Below, piece after piece: positions 40,215-51,600 of a DNA stretch of 64,000 bases (within the stretch, counting starts at the first letter, position 1; every line of letters starts with the position of its first letter). The translations under genes and the position numbers were made by a program. The DNA lies in assembly GCA_965140445.1 (NCBI GenBank), contig OZ223236.1:2208001-2272000 (forward strand), written 5' to 3'. This DNA comes from Candidatus Ozemobacteraceae bacterium. Lineage in GTDB: Bacteria > Muiribacteriota > Ozemobacteria > Ozemobacterales > Ozemobacteraceae. Under the pieces are notes generated by a model that saw only the letters and a list, made by a program, of their open reading frames with translations, did no database searches and was not told the origin of the DNA.

Positions 40215-40991
40215 CTAAATCGATGGATAGAAAAATTTAAAAACTACATCGGTAAAATGAGCTTCAATAACAGCAGCCGTTAAAGTTAGTAAAAAAATAG
40301 CTGCTATGATAATGCCAGTGTTTTTTGAAAAGACAATTTCTCTTGATAGGGGCCAGGTGTCAACGGTTTCGTTTTCACGTTTTTGTCTTACGATCTCTAT
40401 TAATAGTGCCAGGGGCAGGGAACTTGATGCTATTGCTGCAGGAATTTCAAATATTCCGTGGGGAATTATGGCAGCAAAATAAAAGCCAAGACAGGTCATT
40501 TTTATTGCAGAGACGGTGAAAAGACCAAAACTAAAAGCAAGAAAACCAAATCCGACAAAGTTTGGAAAAGATAGCATTGCGGCAAGATTTAAAAAAGTCG
40601 GGGAGGAGTTTAGATCTAGCTTGAAAATTTTGAGATAGAAGCTCGTGAATTGATACAATTTTTGTGAAATAAAGCCTGGTTTTACGTCAACTTTATGAAA
40701 GCTTTTAAAGGTTGCTACCATAAAAATCAACGAGAAAAACAAGGTATTTGTAAATCCATTTCCAAAGAGAAAATACACCCATGAAGTTGAGTTTTTTCCC
40801 GTAAGAGTCTTTTCTACATTCGTTTTCAATGGTTCAGATAGTTCTTGAGTCCTGGTTGCCAATTGATTTATTTCTTTTGGGTCTCCCCCAAATCTCATTG
40901 CTAACATTCCAAGTAATGCCCCGACTACAAAGAAGAAAACAACGATACGCATCTGTAGCCTGAAACCTTTTAAAAAAATGTTAAAGGTCAC
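40215..40991 (-). CDS. SpoIIM-family membrane protein
   Basis: IIPHGIFEIPA and AAVIEA motifs, multiple TM helices. Confidence 0.8.
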   Translation of the reverse strand: MTFNIFLKGFRLQMRIVVFFFVVGALLGMLAMRFGGDPKEINQLATRTQELSEPLKTNVEKTLTGKNSTSWVYFLFGNGFTNTLFFSLIFMVATFKSFHKVDVKPGFISQKLYQFTSFYLKIFKLDLNSSPTFLNLAAMLSFPNFVGFGFLAFSFGLFTVSAIKMTCLGFYFAAIIPHGIFEIPAAIASSSLPLALLIEIVRQKRENETVDTWPLSREIVFSKNTGIIIAAIFLLTLTAAVIEAHFTDVVFKFFYPSI

Positions 40992-41121
40992 TAGTTTATC
41001 TCCTGATTATGTTTTTTTTATTCTCTGGATTTAGCAACTTTCTTCTGGATATGGCTGTGGAATACTAAAGTCTTTTAAAACCTGAAAACAAAATTTTTAA
41101 AATCACGCAGATTATTCACCT

Positions 41122-41772
41122 TTAAACTTTTCCATCCCATTCCAGGTAGAACTGCTCAAGGTATTGCTCCATAAACTCATGGCGCTTTTGTGCCAGATCC
41201 CGGCCAGTTTTTGTGTTCATTAAGTCTTTCAAAAGCAAAAGTTTCTCATAAAAATGGTTGATTGAAGGGGCGGTGCTGTTTTTGTATTGCTCCTTTGTCA
41301 TGTTTAAATCAGGTTTGATCTCTGGATTATAGATTTCACGATTTTTATAGCCGCCATAATTAAAGGTTCTGGCTATTCCTATGGCTCCTAGTGCATCCAA
41401 GCGATCTGCATCCTGTATTACATCAAGCTCTGGTGACTTAAACAGTTGTTTTTCTTTTCCACCTTTGAAAGAGATATTGGCAATGATGTTCTCGATATGT
41501 TTTGTAATAGATTCATCTACGGCCAGGCTCTGTAGAAAGCTTCCTGCTTTTTGTTTACCAATGTTTTCATCTCCACCATGAAACTTTGAATCAGCAATGT
41601 CGTGGAGTAATGCTCCCAGCTCAACGACAAATAAGTCCACTTTTTCCGTTTGTGCTATCTTTCTGGAAAGCTTCCAGACCCGATATATGTGCCACCAATC
41701 GTGCCCGCCTTCCGCATCTTTTAATGATTTTTTTACAAAATCAATGGTTTGATTAATTATTTTATTTTTCAT
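41122..41772 (-). CDS. HD-domain phosphohydrolase
   Basis: GHDWWHIYRV, ALLHD, QDADRLDALGAIG, HFYEKLL. Confidence 0.92.
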   Translation of the reverse strand: MKNKIINQTIDFVKKSLKDAEGGHDWWHIYRVWKLSRKIAQTEKVDLFVVELGALLHDIADSKFHGGDENIGKQKAGSFLQSLAVDESITKHIENIIANISFKGGKEKQLFKSPELDVIQDADRLDALGAIGIARTFNYGGYKNREIYNPEIKPDLNMTKEQYKNSTAPSINHFYEKLLLLKDLMNTKTGRDLAQKRHEFMEQYLEQFYLEWDGKV

Positions 41773-41982
41773 GTATGAATAGTAACTGTTTTGTTTAAAA
41801 TTTCCACTTGAAGAATATAAGTTTGTTCAGAATTACGAAGTCACTATTATTTGAAGAAATATTCTTTTTTTTATTTGCTGTCCATCATGATTTATCAAAG
41901 TACAAATTTGCCTTGCTTTTGCGATATAAAAGAATTTAAACTAGTGTTCAAATAAAAAATCCCTAACATATAGGAGGAAAGG

Positions 41983-42798
41983 ATGCTGCAGGAATTTTCC
42001 TATCTTGCACCTAAGGACCTGAAAGATCTATATGCTCTGCTGAAAAAGAACTCTGGAAAGGCTTTGATTTTAGCTGGTGGAACAGATCTTATGGTAGAAT
42101 TACACAATAACTGGATCGCACCTGAGATGCTGATCGATATCAAGAAAATAAAGGAACTTCAGGGAATCAAATTTGATTCTAAGAAGGGCCTATATATTGG
42201 TGCAACTACCGTTTGCATCGATTTGATTAATGACAAAAATGTGAAAAAGCATTATCCGCTACTTGCGGATGCTGCTTCTAGAATTGGTTCTCCTCAATTG
42301 AGGAACCGAGCCACAATAGCTGGCAATCTTTGCACCGCTTCTCCATGTGCTGATATGGGCTGTTCTCTTCTTGCCCTTGGAGCACAGGTTGAGTTGGGTT
42401 CTGCAAAGGGTGTTAGAACCATTCCAATGAAAGATTTTTTCACTGGACCCAAGAAAACCAAGATGCACGCGGACGAAGTTTTGCTGAGAATCTTTGTACC
42501 AATTGAAATGGCTGGAGCCAAATTTGGTATGAAAAAACTCAAAAGAATTAAAGGCCACGACATTGCTCTTGTAAGTGTTGCTATGGCAAGAACAAAGAAT
42601 GTGATGCGCGTTGGCGTAGGCTCTTGTGGCCCGACTCCAGTTGTTACAGATGCTTTGCCAGCGGATTCCAAAGTTGAAGACGTTAAAAAAGCGGTTCTTA
42701 AAATAGTATCTCCAATAGACGATGTTCGCGCATCAAGAGAATACAGATTGTTCATGACGGAAAATTATATCGAAAAAATTTATCCGTCATTATTCTAA
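41983..42798 (+). CDS. Xanthine dehydrogenase family FAD-binding subunit (CoxM/XdhB-like)
   Basis: LAGGTDL, QLRNRATIAGN, ASPCAD, PIDDVRASREYR. Confidence 0.92.
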   Translation: MLQEFSYLAPKDLKDLYALLKKNSGKALILAGGTDLMVELHNNWIAPEMLIDIKKIKELQGIKFDSKKGLYIGATTVCIDLINDKNVKKHYPLLADAASRIGSPQLRNRATIAGNLCTASPCADMGCSLLALGAQVELGSAKGVRTIPMKDFFTGPKKTKMHADEVLLRIFVPIEMAGAKFGMKKLKRIKGHDIALVSVAMARTKNVMRVGVGSCGPTPVVTDALPADSKVEDVKKAVLKIVSPIDDVRASREYRLFMTENYIEKIYPSLF

Positions 42799-42816
42799 TA
42801 AAGAAAGGAGCAGGAA

Positions 42817-43302
42817 ATGAAAATCTCTTTAACCGTTAATGGTAAGAAATATACAAGGGATGCTTCTGAAACTAAGAATTTACTGCACTTTCTTAGAGAA
42901 GACCTTGGCTTAACCGGCACAAAAGAAGGTTGTGGGGCCGGCGAATGCGGCGCTTGCACTGTTGTTATGGATGGCAAGCCTGTAAACTCATGTCTGGTTT
43001 TGGCTGTTGAAGCTGACGGATGCAAACTTCAAACTATCGAAGGCGAAGCAAAGAATGGAAAGCTTTCAAAGCTTCAGCAATCCTTCCATAAAAATCATGC
43101 AGTTCAATGCGGTTTCTGCACTCCTGGAATGATCATGTCGATCAAATGCCTGTTAGACAAAAATGGCAAACCCAATGAGCATGAAATCAAAGAGGCAATT
43201 GAAGGGAACTTCTGCCGCTGCACAGGTTATCAGCAGATCGTAGAGGCCGTTCAAGACGTAACTGGCCAACTTAAGAAAAAGGAGGGACTGAAACGTGCGT
43301 GA
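42817..43302 (+). CDS. Xanthine dehydrogenase family 2Fe-2S subunit (CoxS/XdhC-like)
   Basis: [27 protein letters not shown]. Confidence 0.95.
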   Translation: MKISLTVNGKKYTRDASETKNLLHFLREDLGLTGTKEGCGAGECGACTVVMDGKPVNSCLVLAVEADGCKLQTIEGEAKNGKLSKLQQSFHKNHAVQCGFCTPGMIMSIKCLLDKNGKPNEHEIKEAIEGNFCRCTGYQQIVEAVQDVTGQLKKKEGLKRA

Positions 43303-45781
43303 AAATACACCTAAAAAGGATTTAAAAGTTGTTGGTAAAGGCGTTGAGCGTATTGATGCAGTTGAGAAATTAACTGGTCAGGCCCTTTATACAGCAGATC
43401 TTGATTTTGCCGGCATGCTTCATGGAAAAATCCTCAGAAGCCCTTATGCAAAAGCAAAAATTAAAAAAATTGATGTTTCCAAAGCAAAAAAACTTGAAGG
43501 CGTTCACGCCGTTCTAACCGGAAAAGACCTGAACAACCTTGTTGGACTCTATCTGGTTGATAAATACATTCTTGCTAAAGATACTACCAAGCACTTTGGT
43601 GAGGCTGTGGCGGCCGTTGCTGCTGAATCCACAACCATCGCCCAAAAAGCTCTCGATTTAATTGATATTGAATTTGAGGAACTTACGCCTTTCCTTGAGC
43701 CAAAGCAGGTTTTTGATAAGAAAGCGCCTTTGGTTCACCCTGATCTGGGCACATACAGCTATGTAAAGGAAGTTTTTACTCCAATTCCTGGAACCAATAT
43801 TGCTAACCACACAAAATTGCGTAAAGGCGATGTTGATGCGGGTTTCAAAGAAGCTGACATGATTATTGAGCGCGAGTATACTAACCCTAATGTTCAGCAC
43901 GTTCCGATGGAAACTCACATCGCGGTAGGCAAGTGGGATATGGGCGACAAAATAACTATTCATACTTCTGCTCAGTCGCCGTTCACCGTCCGAAACCTGT
44001 TTGCTCATTCTTTTGGAATACCCCATTGCAACATCAGAGTAATTACTCCTTATGTTGGTGGTGGTTTTGGCGGAAAAGCCGGAATCCATCTTGAGCCCCT
44101 TGCTTGCTGTCTTTCTAAGATGGCTGGTGGAAGGCCTGTTCGTATCCAGGCAACACGCGAGGAGGAATTCAGCCTTCTTCCATGCCGTTCAGGTCTAACC
44201 TATCACATCAAAACTGGTGTAAAGAAGAACGGTAAAATCGTTGCTCAGAAAATGACAATGTATTGGGATGCCGGTGCTTATGCCGATTACGCTGTAAACG
44301 TGACCAGAGCTTCTGGTTTCTCAGCTTCCGGACCTTATGAAATTCCTAACGCATGGGTTGATGCTTACACTGTTTACACCAACAAGCCTTTCGGAACCGC
44401 TTATCGCGGATTTGGCCATGTTGAATTCAGCTGGGGCATGGAAAGACACATGAACTATGTGGCTAAACACCTCAATGTTGATCCTTATGAATTCCGTAAG
44501 ATCAACGCTCTTAAAGCTGGTTCAAAGACCATGACAGGCGAAGAGATCATTGAAAATACTGGTAACGTAACCAAATGTATGGATGCGGTTGCCAAATCAA
44601 TCAATTACGGAAAACTTACAGCCGCTGAAAAGGCCCGCGAGAAAAAGACTGGTCTTAAAATCGGAAAATCTGTTGTAGCACTGCAAAAGGCTCCAGCAAT
44701 GCCCCCGTTTACCGGAACAGTTCTGATACTCAAAATGAACGAAGATGCCACTGTTACGGCGAGTCATGCGCTTACCGACTATGGCATGGGCACCTATACT
44801 TCATTGGCGCAGATCATCGCTGAAGTGCTTCGCTTCCCGGTAGAGAGAGTTAGAATTCCGATTGAAAATGACACTGATCGCGATCCTTATGATTGGCAGA
44901 CAGTTGCTTCCAAAGGCCTTCTTCTTTCTGGAAATGCCGCGATCATGGCTGCAGAAGACCTCCTTTCCAAGGCTTACGATGTTGCTTCCAGAGCGTTGAG
45001 AGCTCAGACTTGTGATCTCGATCATGATAGTGAAAAGGTATTCGTTAAGCACCATCCACAAAGTTTTGTAACCTTCAAACAGATGGCCGTTGGCTACGCT
45101 TTCCCTAATGGAAACGCTATTTGCGGACCTCTTGTAGGTATGGGACGTTACATAGCTCAAGGCTTAACGAATCTAAATAAAGAAACAGGGCAGGGGAATC
45201 CAGCTCTGGACTGGACTTATGGCGCACACGGTTTGACTGTAGAAGTTGATGAGAAAACTGGCGAATTCAATATCATTAAGGTTGCTTCCTGCTATGATGT
45301 TGGGCGCGTAATTAATGAAGCTTCTGTCAGAGGCCAGGCCATCGGCGGAATGATCCAGGGACTTGGTACTGCAATGTGTGAAGGTTATATCTATAACGAT
45401 AAAGGTCAACTGATGAATCCTTCGTTTACAGATAATAAAATTCCTACAAGCCTTGATATTCCAGAAGAGATTGAATGTATTGCCGTGGAAACTCCGCAGA
45501 TTGATGGACCATACGGTGCCAGAGGTGTGGGCGAACATTCAATGATCGCTGTTTGTGGTGCTCTTGGAAATGCTATCGAAGAGGCTGTTGGAGCAGACTT
45601 GCTTCATATGCCTATTAGGCAGCAGGATGTCTGGAAAGCGTTGCAGAATAAAGGAACTAAGGCTGTTGCAACTAAAGCAAAGGCAGCAAAAAAGCCAGCA
45701 AAAGCGACTAAAGCTTCAAAAGCTGTTGCCAAAGCCCCAAAAAAAACTGCAAAATCAGCAAAAAAAACTACTAAAAAGTAG
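43295..45781 (+). CDS. Xanthine dehydrogenase family molybdopterin-binding subunit with Lys/Ala-rich C-terminal tail
   Basis: [39 protein letters not shown]. Confidence 0.93.
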   Translation: MRENTPKKDLKVVGKGVERIDAVEKLTGQALYTADLDFAGMLHGKILRSPYAKAKIKKIDVSKAKKLEGVHAVLTGKDLNNLVGLYLVDKYILAKDTTKHFGEAVAAVAAESTTIAQKALDLIDIEFEELTPFLEPKQVFDKKAPLVHPDLGTYSYVKEVFTPIPGTNIANHTKLRKGDVDAGFKEADMIIEREYTNPNVQHVPMETHIAVGKWDMGDKITIHTSAQSPFTVRNLFAHSFGIPHCNIRVITPYVGGGFGGKAGIHLEPLACCLSKMAGGRPVRIQATREEEFSLLPCRSGLTYHIKTGVKKNGKIVAQKMTMYWDAGAYADYAVNVTRASGFSASGPYEIPNAWVDAYTVYTNKPFGTAYRGFGHVEFSWGMERHMNYVAKHLNVDPYEFRKINALKAGSKTMTGEEIIENTGNVTKCMDAVAKSINYGKLTAAEKAREKKTGLKIGKSVVALQKAPAMPPFTGTVLILKMNEDATVTASHALTDYGMGTYTSLAQIIAEVLRFPVERVRIPIENDTDRDPYDWQTVASKGLLLSGNAAIMAAEDLLSKAYDVASRALRAQTCDLDHDSEKVFVKHHPQSFVTFKQMAVGYAFPNGNAICGPLVGMGRYIAQGLTNLNKETGQGNPALDWTYGAHGLTVEVDEKTGEFNIIKVASCYDVGRVINEASVRGQAIGGMIQGLGTAMCEGYIYNDKGQLMNPSFTDNKIPTSLDIPEEIECIAVETPQIDGPYGARGVGEHSMIAVCGALGNAIEEAVGADLLHMPIRQQDVWKALQNKGTKAVATKAKAAKKPAKATKASKAVAKAPKKTAKSAKKTTKK

Positions 45782-45801
45782 ACTGAACTAACTTTGCACA
45801 A

Positions 45802-45838
45802 AAGGGGTCGGCTGGTTGGCCGGCCCCTTATTTTATTT
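45802..45838 (+). terminator. Rho-independent terminator
   Basis: AAGGGGTCGGC-tggttg-GCCGGCCCCTT followed by ATTTTATTT. Confidence 0.75.
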
Positions 45839-45873
45839 GCGAGTTTATAATTTTGGTTTTGGATGAAATCTAG

Positions 45874-46668
45874 ATGGAATTTAGTATCAGGTCAGATAGT
45901 TGGATTAACCTGAAAGAACCTTTGATCGGAACTGTTACGAGGGTCTTTAATCACGGTTTTGATGCACATTTTGCTGGAAATTTTGAGTTTAAAAATTTTC
46001 CTGTTTTTTTTACCCAAAATGTATTGAACATACATCCGCTGGCTATAAAAGTACCTTTATGGGTGCAAGGATTGGCAGAAGAAAAACTTCCGATAAGGAT
46101 TTCCCAAAATGAGTTACAAATAGGGGAAAAAATAGTTTCTAGAGGCCCAGATATAGTTGCTGCAAAAGAATTTTGTGTGGATTTGGAGGCGGTTGGAAAT
46201 AATCATAAAATTCTGGCAGATTTTTTAAACGAATCGGGCAGGGAATCTTATGTTAAAACAGAATTGAGCCTTGATTTGGCCAGTTCAGAATTAAGAAAAT
46301 TTGTTTCACATTATTCTGTAGAGAGTCGGTTGGAAATTCCCATGCAGCTTGTAGGAAAAGGGGAAGGTTTGACTCCCGCTTCAGACGATTTTCTTAGTGC
46401 ATTCATCATTCTCGATCGCTTAGCAGGGAAAAATAAAATTGTATTAGATTCATCATGGCTGCAATTTGCATCCAGAAAAACTACTTTCCAGTCCGTTTTG
46501 CAATATATGTTTGCTGGAAGTGGGTTATCAACTATTGGGTTTGAGATGCTGGTTAAAAAATTTTTACAACAGCAAGTTTGCAGACATGAATTATTTCAAC
46601 AGCTAAAAATAGGCCATTCTTCTGGCTCAGACATGCTTTATGGGGTTTTGAACTTCCCGATTTTTTAA
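45874..46668 (+). CDS. ylbF: DUF2877 / YlbF (YahE) family protein
   Basis: GKGEGLTPASDDFL and IGHSSGSDMLYG signature motifs. Confidence 0.8.
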   Translation: MEFSIRSDSWINLKEPLIGTVTRVFNHGFDAHFAGNFEFKNFPVFFTQNVLNIHPLAIKVPLWVQGLAEEKLPIRISQNELQIGEKIVSRGPDIVAAKEFCVDLEAVGNNHKILADFLNESGRESYVKTELSLDLASSELRKFVSHYSVESRLEIPMQLVGKGEGLTPASDDFLSAFIILDRLAGKNKIVLDSSWLQFASRKTTFQSVLQYMFAGSGLSTIGFEMLVKKFLQQQVCRHELFQQLKIGHSSGSDMLYGVLNFPIF

Positions 46669-46927
46669 AATTGTAAAAAAATAGGGCGCTTATGTCTGAA
46701 GTGCGACACAGTCATTATTGACTAATCTGGATTGGAAGATTAAAAAACAAGTATTTTGGTAAGTGCATTTTTGACTGATAAATGTTCTTATATAGCCTTT
46801 TGAGGGAGTATTATGAGGTGAGAATCTTTTATAAATTTGCTCTAAAAGAAAATTATTTTAGGATATAATTAAGTTGGCATCATTCATGCATTCTACTGTT
46901 AGTTGAATAAGAGGCGTCTTTGGGGGA

Positions 46928-47614
46928 ATGATAATGATTTACAGAATCTTTTTGTGTTTATCTATTTTTTTGTGTTTATTTAGTTTTACCAGCTTAAATG
47001 CCATGGAAATAGGCTTTGTGGACTCGCGACTATGCTTTCTTTCTCACAGAGCTTTTAGAGACTTTGATTGGCAAAGTAGACGGTTTTTTAATACCATTTC
47101 AGCCCCAATCAAAGACTTTTCAGGCGAATTTCTTTTACTTAAAAAGAAGGAGCAGATTGCCCTTTCTGATCAAAAGAAAATAGAAAAAGAGATTAGCAAA
47201 AATCTTTCCAATAAAGGTTTGGTTAATGCGCTATGGGAAAAGAGAAGAAAGATTGCTGAAGAGCTTCAATATATTCAACAGCGAAGATTTATTTTAGAAA
47301 CTCTTAAAGATAGCGGGAAACTTGTTCCACCAGAGGAATCAACCTGGTGTACATTAAAAGCCATCGAAAACGATGTAAAATGGGTTTTTCAGGAACTCAA
47401 GGATCGAAAAGGCTTATCGGCTTTGCTGGATAGTTCTGTATTGGCGCCGACTCATCATCCAGAAGAACCACAGATGCATGTTTTAAGTCGAAAGTTAGAA
47501 ACTTTTCTTGCTGAGCCTACAAGTCTTGAAACAGAGGAATTTCTAACCTGGCTTAAAAATAGTAGAAGGTTTTGGCAAAGAAAAATTGCCTGCGCAATGC
47601 AATGCGCCTTTTAA
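46928..47614 (+). CDS. Skp/OmpH-like exported protein A1 (C-terminus probably frameshifted)
   Basis: Signal peptide, IGFVDSR...SH...FD...RRF, coiled coil, LKDRKGLSALLD; paralogue of 55669. The PFKYGAKDYT tail continues in the +1 frame. Confidence 0.6.
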   Translation: MIMIYRIFLCLSIFLCLFSFTSLNAMEIGFVDSRLCFLSHRAFRDFDWQSRRFFNTISAPIKDFSGEFLLLKKKEQIALSDQKKIEKEISKNLSNKGLVNALWEKRRKIAEELQYIQQRRFILETLKDSGKLVPPEESTWCTLKAIENDVKWVFQELKDRKGLSALLDSSVLAPTHHPEEPQMHVLSRKLETFLAEPTSLETEEFLTWLKNSRRFWQRKIACAMQCAF

Positions 47615-47735
47615 ATATGGAGCAAAGGATTATACAGGGATTGCCATGTAATCTTGTTAAAAAGTTTTCAGTGAAAAAAGCATCAAACGGGAGTGATGAA
47701 GAAAGTGAAAAATAGAAAATTTTATATTTGCGCTA

Positions 47736-48662
47736 ATGATTTTTCTGGTTGCTGGTAGTTCGGCATTTGGCCAGACTCCCTTTGCCACTATTGATTACAG
47801 AACTTGCTTGGTTTTACATCCTGAAATGGCGACGTTTGACTTTGTTGCACAAAGGTTTTCGAGACCAAATCTAAAAAGAAACGATTCTTTAGTCATGGAG
47901 CAGGTTTATAAGAGTATGCAGGCAAAGCAAAAGTCTCTGGCTCCAAAAATAGAAGCACTTTTAGCCAAACAGGGTAAGCTTCAGGAAAATATGTCAAAGG
48001 CCAGATTGAATTGGACAACTATGGGAGCAAAGCTCGCGGGGCAAAACCTTTCAAAGAATGAAATTGAAAAAAGAATTGAAGAAACCCAAAATAGGGATCA
48101 GAAAAAGATTGATAAGATGCAACAGGAGTTTTCAGATATTGAAAATGAGATTGTTTCGCTTAAAGATTCAATCTGGCAGGATGTTTTTCTTACCAGAGCT
48201 GAGACTGTTAAAAAACTTGAGAAGATAATAGGGGAGCTTGACGCAGTTATAGCTGATACTTCAAAAGAATTAAAGGTTGCCTGTGTTATTGATGATACCC
48301 TTAACTCAAGCGAGACACCGGATGAAATTTTGAACCATATTCCTGAGAATACACCGCTTTGGGCAAATCCTGTTTATCAAACAATTTTAAAGTCTCCATT
48401 GCCTGAACCAAATACTTTTACAATTGCTAACCACTGGGCTCCATCTTTAATGAAATCAATTGAAAATCTCTCTTTCCAGTATTTGTCTCGTAGACAAGAT
48501 GTTGGGTCATTGGTTTCAACAATACGCCCCTCTAAGCTCTTTATTTCAGGAGGTTTGGATATTACTGAGAAAGTTTGCCGCTCAATATTCAAAAAGTATA
48601 AGTTTAATTCTTACCTCACAGAATCCCTGGTTAAAGGGATTAAGATGTTTCGTGAAAGGTAG
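47736..48662 (+). CDS. Skp/OmpH-like exported protein B1 (true start likely 47696, +1 frameshift)
   Basis: ATIDYR...LHP...FD...QRF, long coiled coil, KVACVIDD, GGLDITEKV; paralogue of 56453. Confidence 0.65.
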   Translation: MIFLVAGSSAFGQTPFATIDYRTCLVLHPEMATFDFVAQRFSRPNLKRNDSLVMEQVYKSMQAKQKSLAPKIEALLAKQGKLQENMSKARLNWTTMGAKLAGQNLSKNEIEKRIEETQNRDQKKIDKMQQEFSDIENEIVSLKDSIWQDVFLTRAETVKKLEKIIGELDAVIADTSKELKVACVIDDTLNSSETPDEILNHIPENTPLWANPVYQTILKSPLPEPNTFTIANHWAPSLMKSIENLSFQYLSRRQDVGSLVSTIRPSKLFISGGLDITEKVCRSIFKKYKFNSYLTESLVKGIKMFRER

Positions 48663-48668
48663 GCTTTT

Positions 48669-51600
48669 ATGAAAGTTAAAATTTTATTTGGAATTGTTCT
48701 GTTAGCTATTATTTTTCCAGCTTCTTTATTTGCCTTAAATGATTTTTATGAGCAAAACGGTGATGCATATCTTTTAATTGGAGATGGCCCAGTCCGTGGA
48801 ATTTATAAGCTGAACAATCTTGTTCCCGGAACAACGCCAAGCTACCTTTACGATGGCGGGAAAGCATTTAACTTATCTGCTTCAATGCTTTTTAGCTCTA
48901 CCACTAATTCTATAAAAAAAGAGCTTTGGACTTTTTCCTCAGATGGAACAACGGGCATGCATCTTTCAGATTCTCCTTTGATTCGTAAGTGCTTGACCAG
49001 TGTTCATGTTGCTCCTGATGGTCCCTATGATTCGGGGCTTCATAATAAGATTGTTCACATTCATCATAATTACCCAGGAAACACTGGCAGTGGTGTCGGA
49101 ATTCACGACAATAAAAGCTATCCTTCTCAATACACCAGTTCATATGGCTATCATGGAAACTGTTATCCTTGCACATGGTTTCCTAGCGCAGCACCTGGAC
49201 AGCCAGGATACTATCAGATTCAGAATGGACGATGGTATCACTCTGGAGATGATAACGATAAAATTAATAGTAACTTCACTTACCTCAGACCAGATTGGTA
49301 TGGAACTACCAGTCCAAACACTATTATAGGCGCATATAAGATGTACGGTTTTGTAAAGTGTATGGATGGAGCTGGTTTCCCAACCAGGGCAGGGTGGTGT
49401 CATAAATTAGTAAGAGAAACTGTTCAAGTTAATGAAGAAAATCTTAAACTTCTTAGTTATGACGTTGTTCTCAAAGCTGGCCCTTTCGATAGAGGAAAAG
49501 CTGGAAGCGTAGTTCTTGCCTCAACAAACACTAAAGATACATTGAATGAATGCGGCGATCCTTGTGCTCCTGGAACAGGCCCGGGAACGCCCATTCCCAC
49601 CGGGAATACTCCAATTCTAGATTGTCTGGTTTCTGGAGCAGGCCGGAGTTACATGTATACCAGAGATTATGGAACTCCAAATTATACTTTAAAATTAAAC
49701 AACGCTCCTTATACTTCCTCTACGATTGGTTTACCAAATGATCTTACCGCAGTTAAGATTGGCGTAAGTTCAAAAAATGCAACAACTGATTGGGTCTATA
49801 TTCTGGGGATAAACAAAATCAATGAATGGCTGGCACAGGCCAATGTTCCTTCAAGCGGTTTTTTAAAAGAACTTACCGATGTGGCAGTTTCAGACCAGTG
49901 GTGGCAGACAGGTGGAATTGTTTATGCATACGATAAAACAATTCCTCTGGTTTACACTTTTGTAAGAAATGAAACTGATGGAAAGCCATGTATTCCCGAT
50001 GTTGTGGATGTTTCTGGTTTCGCTGATTTACCTGATTCAATGGATGCCGACGGGTTCGGAAATCTTTATTTCGTTTCTACAAAGCGAGACCCTGAAAATG
50101 CCAAAGGCAAGGATGAACCTGTTTTTAAAGCCAGTCAAGCCTATGCCTATTTTAAGAAATCTACAATGGTGCCAAATTTATATAGGGCAAAATTTAAGCA
50201 GAACGTTTACAAAGGCGTGACCATGCTTAATTACTATAGCGGAAAATTTATGGATGCCAGTGGCGACATTTTGCTTGGTTCAAATTTGTTTGAACAGGAT
50301 TTCCTTTGTGATCCTGCAAAAATTGGGGATAAAAGCCAGTGGAGCCTATGTCCTGGAACTCTAAACAGAACTTCTGCAAAAGTTAGTGACCAATACAAGA
50401 CTGAGGTTGCGGTTATCAATGTTTGTACCCCTCCAAAAGTTACCGGAACCACTGCCAGTATTGATATTAATGGACCTTATGATAAGAACTTTAATAATGC
50501 TTTGACTCCTTATAATGATGCTACTCAGTATTTTTTCAGTGTTGAAAATGCCCCGGATTTTGATAACAACGGAGTAAATAGAAACGGCGAAGCTACGGAT
50601 GATCCAAATGGTAACAATTACATTGGCCGCTTCCCATCAACCACTGAAAGCAATCACCTTCTTTATTACTGGAAAGTTGTTCAAAAGAAAAACAGATATG
50701 GTGATCCGTTAGACAACGTCATTCTTGAAGGAAAAGTTGGAACAAAAGAGAATGTATTGCCAATTATGTTTGGACCTGGTGAATATGAGATCAGTGTGAA
50801 ATCTTCATTTAGATTTTATCAATATGACAAAATGCCTCGTGGTGTTCTTGCGGATAAAAAAGGTGATTACTTATCTGATCTGGTCTGGGCAAAGGCTCAA
50901 GATAATACCGAATGGGCAAAAACCAAGATTGTCGTTCAAACTTACGAGAATCCAAATTATCCTGGCGGATCCTGTGTAATAATGAGTGGAAAGCCAGACA
51001 ATCCTACTGGGACAAGCTACGATTATCATCCCAAATTAATTTCGGGCAATACTAGCTCTGAATCACTTCTGGAAAAGACTAATCCCGCTGATCCTATTGG
51101 AGAAAGCTTCGTAATCCCACAAATAAAAGGTGGGCAGGTATGGAGTTTTAAGGTTAGGGAAAATCTGGCCAACAAGAAGGCTGGTATAGATAGAATCGCA
51201 ACAATGCTTTTGTCTGATCCACCCAAGCCTGCTGAACCCCACAATAACCTTAGATGGTTAACTGACACTCCAAAATTTTCATGGAAAATTAGTCTGGAAG
51301 ATCCTTATAACAAATCAGCGACCTTAGTTAATATTTCCAAAGAAACAAATACTTCATATTTTTCTGTTGCAGCAGGAGACAACGCTTTTACCATTCCTTC
51401 AGAGCCCGGCAATTATATTCTGAGGGTTGATGCAAGTAGAGTCTATACTTATGATTACTTTGAAAAGACGTTTAAAACCCTTTCTAATGGTAGTGTTATT
51501 ACTGTTCCTGAGCAAAAGACAAAATATGTTCCAATTACTATTGGCTCGCAATGTAAGGTTTGTGTTTTAGACAATACTCCGCCTTCCAGCCAGCTGGCCG

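Noticed and set aside
40215..40991. Evidence for sporulation from the SpoIIM-like gene
   Set aside because: The family is widespread in non-sporulating organisms; no other spo genes are present.
41983..45781. Aerobic CO dehydrogenase (coxMSL gene order)
   Set aside because: The active-site loop is AYRGFG, not the AYxCSFR of form I CODH; the substrate cannot be assigned.
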